Positions 9,699 through 19,045 of a stretch of 64,000 nt of DNA are shown here, piece by piece. Position 1 is the stretch's first letter; the number at the start of each line of letters is the position of its first letter. Location: assembly GCA_963796325.1 (NCBI GenBank), contig CAWCLF010000001.1:2011242-2075241 (forward strand), given 5' to 3'. The notes under the pieces are model-generated. The model was not told the origin of the DNA and made no database searches. It saw only the letters and a list, made by a program, of their open reading frames with translations. The translations under genes were made by a program, and so were the position numbers. This DNA is from an uncultured Spirochaetota bacterium. GTDB lineage: Bacteria > Spirochaetota > Brevinematia > Brevinematales > JAOACQ01.

Positions 9699-10886
9699 TC
9701 ATTGACCGATGTAATCACCCGCGCTGTCGTAAATTACTCTCCCTGTGCAGAAAGGGTCCAGGTAGATATCATTCGATGTAGGGGGATTATGAAGCCAGGT
9801 ATTACCTACAGCGTCGATCTGTGTATCAGTGTTTGACCACATGCTGACTGCGTTCGTAGTGAGCCTGCTGAAGTCGTTATTTCCGGGGTATAAGGCTGTC
9901 CCGATATCGGGATTGCTTTCCGGATTGCCTGTTTGATGCTGAATTACAATTGCATTATTAGGGCATACGAACACATTGCATCGGATTACAGGCGCACCTG
10001 TCCATACATTAATAGTCCCGTAAGAAATGCCGCTGTTTGTGAAATAATTGTTTGAAATCAGGGGCGTCCCCATCTCGCACTGAACGCATCCCGATATTGC
10101 ATTATTATTAATGACAGGGGTCCCCGCGTCTATCCTTATGGTAAAGGCCGATGAAATGAATAAATTGTTCGAGATTACAGGCGACCCTGATGTATTATCG
10201 TTGATAAAAATACAGTAACAGTCAATAGCGCTGAATTTGTTGAATGCAATTATGGAATTATTGTTATAATCGACGACTATCCCGGCGTAGGATTCCAGGT
10301 TGAATGTATTGGATATTATTGTAGCGTTTGCATTGCTTACAAATATAGCCATGCTGCAGACAAGATAGGTGGACAATCCCATTGAGAATCCCGATATTAC
10401 AGCGGTGTTTGTAATAAATATTAATGGCGATTGCCAGCCTTCTATGAAATTAGTGTTTGTACCTGTAATAACCGTCGGTATAGTACCGGTCCCGAAATTG
10501 TCCGGATCTCCGTAAAGGCCCTGTCCTGTTTTCAGTATTAACGGGAATATTTCTCCGTTCGAGTATGTGCCGGGACTCACCTTAATGGTCTTGTTAGGTC
10601 CTGCAACCTGCACGGCATGGGTGATAGTCCTGAACGGGGAGGATAATGTTCCGCTGTTGGCGTCATTTCCGTTTGTCGACACGTAAAAATCATATGATAC
10701 CGATGAGACGCTGGACTTGCTCGAACTCGAACTGCTTGAAGAACTGCTTGTTGAAGAGCTGCTTGAAGCAGAATTGCTTGAAGAACTTCCGTTTCCACCC
10801 CCTCCGTTCCCCGGTGAACTCGAGCAGGAAGCTGCCAGTATGAAAAATAAAACACAAAATAGACCCTGCAGAAGGTAATTCTTCAT
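9699..10886 (-). CDS. Lipoprotein with a poly-Ser linker and a right-handed parallel beta-helix (DUF1565/pectate-lyase-like) domain
   Basis: AGGAGA SD before the ATG at 10886 (the ORF track starts at 10901). Lipobox FILAASC. A ~45-aa G/S tract (GGGGNGSSSSNSASSSSSTSSSSSSSSSSKSS). The motif SPFRTITHAVQVAGPNKTIKVSPGTY is followed by repeated ISNN/INNN/VISG turns. Confidence 0.7.
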   Translation of the reverse strand: MKNYLLQGLFCVLFFILAASCSSSPGNGGGGNGSSSSNSASSSSSTSSSSSSSSSSKSSVSSVSYDFYVSTNGNDANSGTLSSPFRTITHAVQVAGPNKTIKVSPGTYSNGEIFPLILKTGQGLYGDPDNFGTGTIPTVITGTNTNFIEGWQSPLIFITNTAVISGFSMGLSTYLVCSMAIFVSNANATIISNTFNLESYAGIVVDYNNNSIIAFNKFSAIDCYCIFINDNTSGSPVISNNLFISSAFTIRIDAGTPVINNNAISGCVQCEMGTPLISNNYFTNSGISYGTINVWTGAPVIRCNVFVCPNNAIVIQHQTGNPESNPDIGTALYPGNNDFSRLTTNAVSMWSNTDTQIDAVGNTWLHNPPTSNDIYLDPFCTGRVIYDSAGDYIGQ

Positions 10887-11303
10887 AATTTTTCTCCTCA
10901 TTATTATAAACCGATATCTCCCAAATGACTCACAGTATTATCCCTTTTGAGAGATTCTCTTATTATTATAAAATCATAAAATAACATTGTCAATGTCAAT
11001 TTCATGTCAATTTAATGTTTTCTTTTCATGAAATTCCTTCAAAGTTTTTATTGTATCAAATTTCGGGCATATTCAAAGGAAGTTGGTTAATATACGCATC
11101 ATTATGCGGCAGGCAATTATATTATGATCCAAAAAATTATAAAAAATATAAGCCGGGCGTTTTAACCGGAAGACGGTAAATCTCGCCGATTTTTTACTTT
11201 TTATAAAAAGAATCGGTTTCATATGTTCATTCTTTTAATTGTGTTATTTGCCTTGAAATATTAAAATATGACAATACTAAAATATTTTTTAACAGGGGTC
11301 GAA

Positions 11304-12599
11304 ATGCTTCAGGAAAAACCGAATCTTAAAATAACAGACCCGGAAATTTTCGATGCGATAAATTGTGAAGAACAAAGGGAACAATTGAACCTGGAACTGA
11401 TAGCCTCTGAAAATATCGTTTCGAAGGCCGTCCTTGAAGCCCAGGGATCTCTCCTGACAAATAAGTATGCCGAGGGATATCCTGGTCACAGGTATTACGG
11501 CGGCTGTGAATTTGTCGACATAGCCGAGGATCTTGCCAGGCAGCGGGCCAGAAAAATATTCAATTGCGAATATGCAAATGTTCAGCCCCATTCGGGTAGC
11601 CAGGCCAATATGGGCGTTTACTTCAGCGTTCTCGTGCCGGGCGATAAAATTTTAGGAATGGACCTTGCTCATGGCGGCCATCTTACGCATGGCTCGCCTG
11701 TCAACTTTTCAGGCCGCTTCTTTAAAATAATAAATTACGGAGTAAAGAAAGATACGGAAACTATCGATTACGATTCATTAATCGAAAAGGCCGCAAGGGA
11801 AAAACCGAAGCTCATTATAGCCGGCGCAAGCGCTTACCCCAGGACTATTGATTTTAAAAAATTCAGGGAAGCCGCAGACATCTGTTCCGCCTACCTTATG
11901 ACTGACATGGCCCATATTGCGGGCCTTGTAGCGGCCGGGCTTCACCCGTCTCCTCTGCCCGATTCCCATTTTGTAACTACAACGACTCATAAGACCCTGA
12001 GGGGGCCCAGGGGAGGTATGATCCTTATGGGCAGAGATTTTGAAAACAGATTGGGAATTAAAGCTGCCAAAAGCGGCAGAACGAAATTGATGAGCGAAAT
12101 CCTGGACGGCAATATATTTCCCGGAATCCAGGGCGGTCCGCTCATGCATATTATAGCTGCAAAGGCCGTTGCATTAAAGGAAGCGATGGATCCCGGTTTT
12201 AAAAGTTACCAGGCCCAGATTCTTAAAAATTCACGCGCACTGGCAAAAGTCCTTGAAGCCGAAGGTTTCAGGCTGGTATCCGGCGGAACCGACAACCATC
12301 TTATGCTTGTCGACCTTACTAATAAAAACGTCACCGGAAAGGAAGCCGAACTTGCGCTAGATAAAGCCAGGATTACCGTCAATAAAAACGGTATACCTTT
12401 CGATAGTCAGCCTCCGACAATTACAAGCGGCATAAGGATTGGAACACCTGCTGTTACAAGCCGCGGAATGAAGGAAAAAGAAATGGAAGAAATAGGAGAA
12501 TTTATTTCAACTGTAATTTCTTCCATTAATAATGAAAAAACACTTAATTCGGTAAGAGAAAAGGTCGAAAATTTATGTAGGAGATTTCCAATTTATTAA
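11304..12599 (+). CDS. glyA: Serine hydroxymethyltransferase
   Basis: [38 protein letters not shown], and the PLP-lysine motif [14 protein letters not shown]. The start was chosen at MLQEKPNL (the ORF track begins at 11268). Confidence 0.95.
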   Translation: MLQEKPNLKITDPEIFDAINCEEQREQLNLELIASENIVSKAVLEAQGSLLTNKYAEGYPGHRYYGGCEFVDIAEDLARQRARKIFNCEYANVQPHSGSQANMGVYFSVLVPGDKILGMDLAHGGHLTHGSPVNFSGRFFKIINYGVKKDTETIDYDSLIEKAAREKPKLIIAGASAYPRTIDFKKFREAADICSAYLMTDMAHIAGLVAAGLHPSPLPDSHFVTTTTHKTLRGPRGGMILMGRDFENRLGIKAAKSGRTKLMSEILDGNIFPGIQGGPLMHIIAAKAVALKEAMDPGFKSYQAQILKNSRALAKVLEAEGFRLVSGGTDNHLMLVDLTNKNVTGKEAELALDKARITVNKNGIPFDSQPPTITSGIRIGTPAVTSRGMKEKEMEEIGEFISTVISSINNEKTLNSVREKVENLCRRFPIY

Positions 12600-12639
12600 A
12601 ACAAGCTCCTTTTACATTTTTTGGAAAAACGGAGTTAAA

Positions 12640-13878
12640 ATGCCTGATGAAATAGTATTCGAAGTAGCCAATTTTAAAAAGAATTCTTATATAATAATTG
12701 AAGACCAGGAAGATTCAAACGAATTTTTCATTATTAAACAGGGCCGGGTTACTGAAAACAGGTCTGCGTCGATGCTTGAATCGGACAGCGGGACTTCTCT
12801 GACCGTCGGCGATTTTTTCGGAGTAATATCATGCATGACTAAAAGGCCGAGAATTGAAACCGTTCAGGCCCTCGAAGACACTTCGACGATTGTTGTAAAA
12901 AGGGAGTATTTCGGGTCCCTGATCCAGAAAAACACTCCGATTGCGATGAAGATCCTGAGATATTTCGGAAAACAGCTCCGATACTACGATTCTCTTCTTA
13001 CCAAGATGACTCTTAAATCTTCGATCGAGGAAAATCCTAATTACCTGTTCAATATCGGAGAATACTATTACAGCGGACAAATATTTACAAATGCGGCGTA
13101 CGCTTATCTCCATTATATCAAGTTCTGCCCTGACGGAGGCTATGTTCCGCAGGCAAAGATGAAGCTGGCGAAGATAAATCCGTCTCCCGATGCCCTCCTG
13201 CCTGTAAAGGAAAGTTTTTATTCAATCTTTAAGGACGGCCAGATAGTATTTCTCGAACATGAACCCGGATCCGAACTTTATATAATTCAGGAAGGAAAGG
13301 TTAAGATCACAAAGCTGGTCAATGATAACGAAATACTTCTCGCCGTTTTGAAGAAAGGCGATATATTCGGAGAAATGTCCCTTCTGGACAATAAGCCCAG
13401 GAGCGCCAGCGCCATAGCATTCGGGCCGACCAAGCTTATGGCTGTAACCAAGACTAATTTCGAACCGATGGTTCAGGCCCATCCTGAAATTGCAACTAAA
13501 ATTATAGAGCTTCTCAGCGAAAGAACATGGATCATATACAAGCAGTTTTCGAATGTCCTGATCAAAGACCCCATTGGGAAACTATACGATGCGCTTTACA
13601 CCCATCTGCAGAAGGGCCGTGTTCCTATCAATCCGAGCTCTCCCCATACATTCGATTTCGGCTCCGAAGAACTCATAAAACTGGTCGGATTCAACCCGCA
13701 GGAAGGGCATGTCTACATCAAAAAATTTTTCGATGATGATAAGAGCCTCTCCATCATCGACGGGAAAATACAATCGAAAGACGTAACATCGATCGAAAAA
13801 ATGGTGCATGTTTACCGCAGGAATATGGAACTCGAGAAAAAGAGGCAGGCGCCGCAGCAAACCGCATCAATGTACTAA
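12640..13878 (+). CDS. Tandem cyclic-nucleotide-binding-domain protein with a Crp-like C-terminal region
   Basis: Two cNMP-binding beta-roll signatures (GDFFGVISCMTKRPRIETVQA and GDIFGEMSLLDNKPRSASAIA) are separated by a TPR-like helical segment. The C-terminus (FGSEELIKLVGFNPQEGHVYIKKF...IIDGKI) loosely follows the Crp/Fnr wHTH pattern. Confidence 0.75.
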   Translation: MPDEIVFEVANFKKNSYIIIEDQEDSNEFFIIKQGRVTENRSASMLESDSGTSLTVGDFFGVISCMTKRPRIETVQALEDTSTIVVKREYFGSLIQKNTPIAMKILRYFGKQLRYYDSLLTKMTLKSSIEENPNYLFNIGEYYYSGQIFTNAAYAYLHYIKFCPDGGYVPQAKMKLAKINPSPDALLPVKESFYSIFKDGQIVFLEHEPGSELYIIQEGKVKITKLVNDNEILLAVLKKGDIFGEMSLLDNKPRSASAIAFGPTKLMAVTKTNFEPMVQAHPEIATKIIELLSERTWIIYKQFSNVLIKDPIGKLYDALYTHLQKGRVPINPSSPHTFDFGSEELIKLVGFNPQEGHVYIKKFFDDDKSLSIIDGKIQSKDVTSIEKMVHVYRRNMELEKKRQAPQQTASMY

Positions 13879-13881
13879 CGG

Positions 13882-13951
13882 CAGTCGACAGTCGGTAGTC
13901 GATAGTCACGGAGATAACATGACTGTGGACTGATGACTGATGACTGAAGTA
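13882..13951. repeat. Heptad-periodic imperfect palindromic element, copy 1
   Basis: Left arm CAGTCGA CAGTCGG TAGTCGA TAGTCA (13882..13908). 11-nt loop. Right arm TGACTGT GGACTGA TGACTGA TGACTG (13920..13946). Tail AAGTA. The 5-bp AGTC-containing blocks pair and are separated by 2-nt mismatches. Confidence 0.7.
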
Positions 13952-14049
13952 TCTTTACCTTTTTATTAAAATGTGTTAAACTATCGGTATAATTTCATAT
14001 TTATTTCTGTTTTAAGCTGTTTTTCTCGATACTAACTATGAGGATGAAT

Positions 14050-14640
14050 ATGGCAATTTACCGCTTGCAAAAATGCAGCATCTGCGGTGAAGAGGAAGCT
14101 CTGATATTTGTCAAACTGATATCCGAAGACAGGGTTGAAGAAAAGGGCTTGTGCGCGCATTGCGCCATAAAGTATATGAACTCCAGGGACAAGATAAAAA
14201 GCATGCAGTTTGTAGACAGGCGGGTCCTTGACGTTCTCGATGAAATGAAAACTCTTTTATCTGCAATTGTTTCGAATATCCAATTCATAAGCGATATTCT
14301 GAACAAAGACGGGAAAGCCATGCTTAAATGCCCTAATTGCGGCCTGTCTTTGAATGATCTTAAAAACAGCGTTTTTTTTGGATGTCCGGCCTGCTATCAG
14401 ACTTTCAGAGATTATATCAACGATTTTATACTTGAAGTTGAAAGAGGGCCGTCACATAAAGGCAGGATGCCCAGGAAATATATAAGATTATTCCTGTTGA
14501 AAAAGGAGATCATGTTTCTGAAAAACCAGTTAAAAAAATTCATATTTCATGAAAAATACGAAGAGGCTGAGAAGATCAAAAAAAAGCTTGAAAGACTGAT
14601 AGGCAGCTATCCTGTCGGAAAGGAAGATGAGATCAATTGA
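14050..14640 (+). CDS. mcsA: McsA-like protein-arginine-kinase activator (zinc-finger plus UVR domain protein)
   Basis: Paired CxxC motifs (CSICG...CAHCA, CPNCG...CPACY) and a C-terminal UVR-like EKYEEAEKIKKKLERL. The stop overlaps the mcsB start by 14 nt. The start could be 14038, 14044 or 14050; AGGA precedes 14050. Confidence 0.8.
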   Translation: MAIYRLQKCSICGEEEALIFVKLISEDRVEEKGLCAHCAIKYMNSRDKIKSMQFVDRRVLDVLDEMKTLLSAIVSNIQFISDILNKDGKAMLKCPNCGLSLNDLKNSVFFGCPACYQTFRDYINDFILEVERGPSHKGRMPRKYIRLFLLKKEIMFLKNQLKKFIFHEKYEEAEKIKKKLERLIGSYPVGKEDEIN

Positions 14641-15661
14641 ATTCCCGAAACATCAGGACAGGAAAAGGAATACCCTTGATAATTTCGTATTTTCAACGAG
14701 GGTCCGCATAGCAAGGAATCTTGAAGGCATTAAATTTCCATCTCATCTGACTGAAAAAGAAAAAAGCGATATTTGCATCCAGGTTGAAAATTATATTAAA
14801 AAACTTCCTCTTGAGATACAGGTAGAATCTCTTGACGATATGCCCAGGGAAAAGATATTGATCTACCTTTCAAATCATATAATAACAAATGAATTTTTGA
14901 AGGGCGGAAGGGTGCTGGCTTACGACATCAACGGCAACTGGGTTATACTGATAAACGAGGATGACCATATAAGAATAACCGCCCTTGAAGAGGGATATAA
15001 TGCCAAAAACATATACAACAGGCTGTCAAGCATACTTATTCAGCTTGAAGAAGAGATCGATTTTGCTTATGATGAAAAATACGGTTACCTTACGGCTTCG
15101 GCGCTCAATTTCGGAACGGGATTAAGGCTTTCTGCGCTTGTCAATCTATACGGCCTTACAGCTTTGAAAAAAATTGAGCAATTGATAGATAGCTCAAACA
15201 AAACAGGTTATTCCATCGCTAATATTTCGCCTGAAAATCATGACTCTTCCCTCTTCATTATAAGTAATTATTTCTCACTTGGAATATCGGAGGAAGAGCT
15301 CTTAAATGAATTTGAAACATTTCTTCATAAGCTGTACGAGCTTGAAAGCGAGTCAAGACATGTACTTTTCAGCAACAGGGATGAACTCGACCTGTCGATC
15401 GAGGAAATTATGGAACAGAAAACCAGGGATAAAATAGAATGGAACAATCTTATTTATTACATCAGCCTGATAGATGCAATGAACAAAAAGCACATCTCTA
15501 CCGATAATATTAATCAATTAAGGAACTTAATATTCCAGGGAACGGATGATTATCTCTTATACAAGCAAATGATCGAGCGCCCTGGAATTCCTGAAGCCCG
15601 GCAGAGCATCCTTAAAAGTTACCTGGCAGGTTTAAAATTCAAAACCCGGAGTTTTCAATGA
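14627..15661 (+). CDS. mcsB: Protein arginine kinase (ATP:guanido phosphotransferase)
   Basis: FSTRVRIARNLEGIKFP, NEDDHIRI (the NEEDHLRI motif) and LTASALNFGTGLRLS. ATGA overlap with clpC. Confidence 0.9.
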   Translation: MRSIEFPKHQDRKRNTLDNFVFSTRVRIARNLEGIKFPSHLTEKEKSDICIQVENYIKKLPLEIQVESLDDMPREKILIYLSNHIITNEFLKGGRVLAYDINGNWVILINEDDHIRITALEEGYNAKNIYNRLSSILIQLEEEIDFAYDEKYGYLTASALNFGTGLRLSALVNLYGLTALKKIEQLIDSSNKTGYSIANISPENHDSSLFIISNYFSLGISEEELLNEFETFLHKLYELESESRHVLFSNRDELDLSIEEIMEQKTRDKIEWNNLIYYISLIDAMNKKHISTDNINQLRNLIFQGTDDYLLYKQMIERPGIPEARQSILKSYLAGLKFKTRSFQ

Positions 15662-18180
15662 ATGATTTCACAGGATTCACACCGAGGGCTCAAAAAGTAA
15701 TAACAATACTGGCGCAGCAGGAAGCAAGAAGGCTGTTCAACGACCAGGTTCTGCCCGAACACCTGTTCCTGGGCATATTGAGGGAATCCGATAGTGCAGG
15801 CATAAGGGCGCTGGTTTACCTGGGGCTGGATCTGGACGATATAAAAAGGGAAATCGAAATGATCCTCAGGAGCAAATCGACAAATACGCTTACACTCGGA
15901 GGCATTCCTCCTTCCGGACGGTTTAAGAATATAATTGAATTGTGCAAGCAGGAATCGAAAATAATCGGGCATAATTATATCGGTACCGAGCATATCCTTT
16001 TAGGCCTGATAGCCGAGGAAGATCCCGATGCTCTAATACCCATAATTTTCGCCAACAGGAATATCGATATACATTTTATGCGCCAGGCTGTAATTAAAAC
16101 AGTCGGGTACGGCGAAATAAACATCACTAAAGTAAAGAAAAAGACTGTTAAAACACAATTCCTTGACAGGTTCTCCAAAAATCTCACTATAATGGCCCAG
16201 CAGGGCAAGCTCGATCCCGTAATCGGAAGGGGTAACGAAATAAAAAGGATAGTTCAGGTCCTCTGCAGGAGACAAAAGAACAATCCCATCCTTATCGGAG
16301 ATCCGGGTGTAGGAAAAACTGCAATCATTGAGGGACTTGCACAGCTAATTTCGAACAACACCGTACCGGACAAGCTTATCGATAAGAGGATAATGCTTAT
16401 GGACCTCGGGCTTGTAGTAGCAGGTACGAAGTACAGGGGTGAGTTTGAAGAGCGGATGAAAAATATTATCAAGGAAGCCGAAGATTCCGAGGACGTCATA
16501 CTGTTTATAGACGAGATACATACGATCCTCGGCGCAGGCAACGCCGAAGGGGCCCTTGACGCATCGAATATGCTTAAACCGGCTTTGGCCAGGGGAACTA
16601 TAAGATGCATCGGCGCCACGACTTTCGATGAGTACAGGAAGAGGATCGAGAGAGACAAGGCTCTCCTCCGCAGATTTCAGCCTATTATCGTAAATGAGCC
16701 GACAATAGAGGAAACTATCGAGATACTGTCGAAAATAAAGACAAAGTACGAACAATTTCATAATGTCACATACACTGAAAAGGCCATTGTTTCAGCGGTA
16801 AAGCTTGCTCACAGATATATCAGCGACAGGAAACTGCCTGATAAGGCAATCGACCTTATTGATGAAGCCGGCTCGTTTTGCGGAATATCCCTTGACGGCA
16901 AGCCGGAGGATCTCCTTAAAGTCGAGCACGAGATTACAAGCCTCGAAGAAAAGAAAAATACCCTTGTAAAGTCCCAGGTTTATGAAAAGGCCGCCTATAT
17001 AAGGGATAAAATAAAAGAATTACGCGGCGTCTACGATGAAGTAAAATCTCAATGGCTGCTGTCGAATAAAAAGGAAAAAGTTGTTATCGACCAGAAACAA
17101 ATCGAGCAGGTGCTGTCAAGTATAACCAGCATCCCCATTCACCGTCTGGATGATGAAACGAACAAGCGAAGGTACCTGAATATAGAAAATGAATTGACAA
17201 AAAGCATAAAAGGCCAGGATAATGCCGTAGCTGCAGTTTCGAATGCGATAAAAAAAAGCGTCGCAGGCCTCAAGAGGATAGGAAAACCGATTTCAAGCCT
17301 TATATTCATAGGCCCGACAGGCGTCGGTAAAACAGCACTGGCCAAAGAGATCGCAAAATTCATATTCGGTTCAGAGGAAGACCTTATCAGGGTCGATATG
17401 AGCGAGTACATGGAAAAATTCAACGTATCGAAGCTCGTGGGGGCCCCTCCCGGATATATAGGTCATGAATCCGGCGGGGAACTCACCGAAAGCGTAAGGC
17501 GAAAACCATATTCGGTAGTTCTGTTCGATGAACTGGAAAAAGCCCACCCTGAAATTTTCAATATGCTGCTTCAAATCCTGGATGAGGGATTTATAACGGA
17601 CAGTCTGGGCAACAGGGTCGATTTCAGAAATACTATTATCATCCTGACTTCGAACCTGGGAACCGATAAATTGACAAATAAGGGCAACATGGGTTTTCTT
17701 GACAATGCATCGAGCGATGGGAAAAACAGGGATTTCCTTTTTTCCGAATTAAAACAGTACTTCAGGCCCGAGTTTATCAACAGGATTGACGATATTGTCA
17801 TTTTCAATCCCCTTGACAATTCGGTACTTGCAGAAATTTTCGACAAGATGATCGCCGACCTCAATGAAGGATTGACCCTTAAGGGTATAAAATTCAGCGT
17901 CAGCTCTGAAGCCAGGGACTATATCATATCCACAAGTTATGAAAGCAAATACGGCGCCAGATCCCTGTCCAGGGCCATCAGTAAACATATAGAAATTCCA
18001 TCTACGGAACTTCTATTGAATGAAAACATCACCGTTGAAGACCTCAAGAGTCCTATAGTCCTCAAAATCTCAATTAAAAACGGTAAAATCATGCTGAAGA
18101 TCAATAAAAGGGGCTATAAGAAAACTCAAAATCAGAGCGCAGAGGAAAAAGAGAACGCAGGTCTGTCAAAGCCTGGATAG
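15658..18180 (+). CDS. clpC: ATP-dependent Clp protease ATP-binding subunit ClpC
   Basis: Clp_N repeats (LPEHLFLGIL, GTEHILLGLI). Two AAA+ modules with Walker A motifs GDPGVGKTAI and GPTGVGKTAL. A middle coiled-coil/UVR-like region. Third gene of the mcsA-mcsB-clpC operon. Confidence 0.93.
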   Translation: MNDFTGFTPRAQKVITILAQQEARRLFNDQVLPEHLFLGILRESDSAGIRALVYLGLDLDDIKREIEMILRSKSTNTLTLGGIPPSGRFKNIIELCKQESKIIGHNYIGTEHILLGLIAEEDPDALIPIIFANRNIDIHFMRQAVIKTVGYGEINITKVKKKTVKTQFLDRFSKNLTIMAQQGKLDPVIGRGNEIKRIVQVLCRRQKNNPILIGDPGVGKTAIIEGLAQLISNNTVPDKLIDKRIMLMDLGLVVAGTKYRGEFEERMKNIIKEAEDSEDVILFIDEIHTILGAGNAEGALDASNMLKPALARGTIRCIGATTFDEYRKRIERDKALLRRFQPIIVNEPTIEETIEILSKIKTKYEQFHNVTYTEKAIVSAVKLAHRYISDRKLPDKAIDLIDEAGSFCGISLDGKPEDLLKVEHEITSLEEKKNTLVKSQVYEKAAYIRDKIKELRGVYDEVKSQWLLSNKKEKVVIDQKQIEQVLSSITSIPIHRLDDETNKRRYLNIENELTKSIKGQDNAVAAVSNAIKKSVAGLKRIGKPISSLIFIGPTGVGKTALAKEIAKFIFGSEEDLIRVDMSEYMEKFNVSKLVGAPPGYIGHESGGELTESVRRKPYSVVLFDELEKAHPEIFNMLLQILDEGFITDSLGNRVDFRNTIIILTSNLGTDKLTNKGNMGFLDNASSDGKNRDFLFSELKQYFRPEFINRIDDIVIFNPLDNSVLAEIFDKMIADLNEGLTLKGIKFSVSSEARDYIISTSYESKYGARSLSRAISKHIEIPSTELLLNENITVEDLKSPIVLKISIKNGKIMLKINKRGYKKTQNQSAEEKENAGLSKPG

Positions 18181-18876
18181 CAGCTCTTTAAGAAGCTTTA
18201 TTTCATCATTTTCTTCGTAAGAATTGGATTCGTCGAACGGAATATCGAGCCCTCTTGTTATCATATCCTTAGCCTTTTTCTTATCGCTATCCATGAGCAT
18301 TTCGGCATAAAAGCGGAATGCCGTCCTGTTTTTATGGCCGATTTCAATCGCTTTCTCATAGTCTTCCCTGGCCTTCTTCATGTCGCCTACGCTTATGAAA
18401 CCGGGCGCCTCCTGATAAACACGGCCCCTCAAGGCATACCCTGCTCCATCTTCGTATGAAGGGTCGATCGTTATTACTTTTGTGGCCTCTCTGAGTATCA
18501 AATCCGCTGCGGCAAGACTGTCCAGAATTCCGTTGGCTTCCGCCCATGAACCCAGGCATATCCCAAGGTAATAGTGGCCTTCCACCTTTTGAGGGTCCAG
18601 ATTGGTAGCCGATTCAGCCGCAAGCTTGCCTTCGGTGAAAATGACCTTTTTTGATGCCGCATTCGTCAGGAAATTATCTGCATAAAAATGTGCAGCCCGC
18701 GCAAATTTCCATGCATTTTCATAATTTTTTTCATTATTATACTGCTGCTTGTAATACTCGTAACCGGCTTTTGCCCCGTCCGCCGTATTCCTGTTCTGCC
18801 AGTAACTGTCATCGTCTGCGTACGAAACAACTGCTGCGATCATGAAGATAAAACCCAGGACATATCCTTTAGCCAT
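18166..18876 (-). CDS. Secreted TPR-like helical-repeat protein (possibly TatT-like; unverified)
   Basis: GGAGGA SD and signal peptide MAKGYVLGFIFMIAAVVSYA. Helical-repeat composition (YYLGICLGSWAE, AREDYEKAIEI). The 3' end overlaps the clpC 3' end by 15 nt (convergent). Confidence 0.5.
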   Translation of the reverse strand: MAKGYVLGFIFMIAAVVSYADDDSYWQNRNTADGAKAGYEYYKQQYNNEKNYENAWKFARAAHFYADNFLTNAASKKVIFTEGKLAAESATNLDPQKVEGHYYLGICLGSWAEANGILDSLAAADLILREATKVITIDPSYEDGAGYALRGRVYQEAPGFISVGDMKKAREDYEKAIEIGHKNRTAFRFYAEMLMDSDKKKAKDMITRGLDIPFDESNSYEENDEIKLLKELLSRL

Positions 18877-18892
18877 AACTTCCTCCTACATA

Positions 18893-18968
18893 AGTCGATA
18901 GTCAGCAGTCCACTGTCTGCAGTCTTGACACTCGCAACTCAGTTGACTGTCGACTGTCGACTGAAGTA
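18893..18968. repeat. Heptad-periodic imperfect palindromic element, copy 2
   Basis: AGTCGAT AGTCAGC AGTCCAC TGTCTGC AGTC...GTTGACT GTCGACT GTCGACT GAAGTA. 18893..18910 pairs with 18945..18962 (16 of 18 positions including G.U). It shares the tail GACTGAAGTA with copy 1. Confidence 0.7.
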
Positions 18969-19045
18969 AGTATAATTCAATTTAAAAATATTTGCTATTT
19001 CAATGATTGATATTTACAATCAGTGAATTTTTCAAGGATAACAGG

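Noticed and set aside
5759-10901. Possible tRNA-Leu-associated genomic island (OMP, BlaI/M56, hypothetical and beta-helix lipoprotein genes, somewhat more AT-rich).
   Set aside because: The block lies on the 5' side of the tRNA, not at its 3' end. There is no integrase or recombinase, and no direct repeat of the tRNA 3' segment was found. The AT-richness is explained by membrane-protein codon content.
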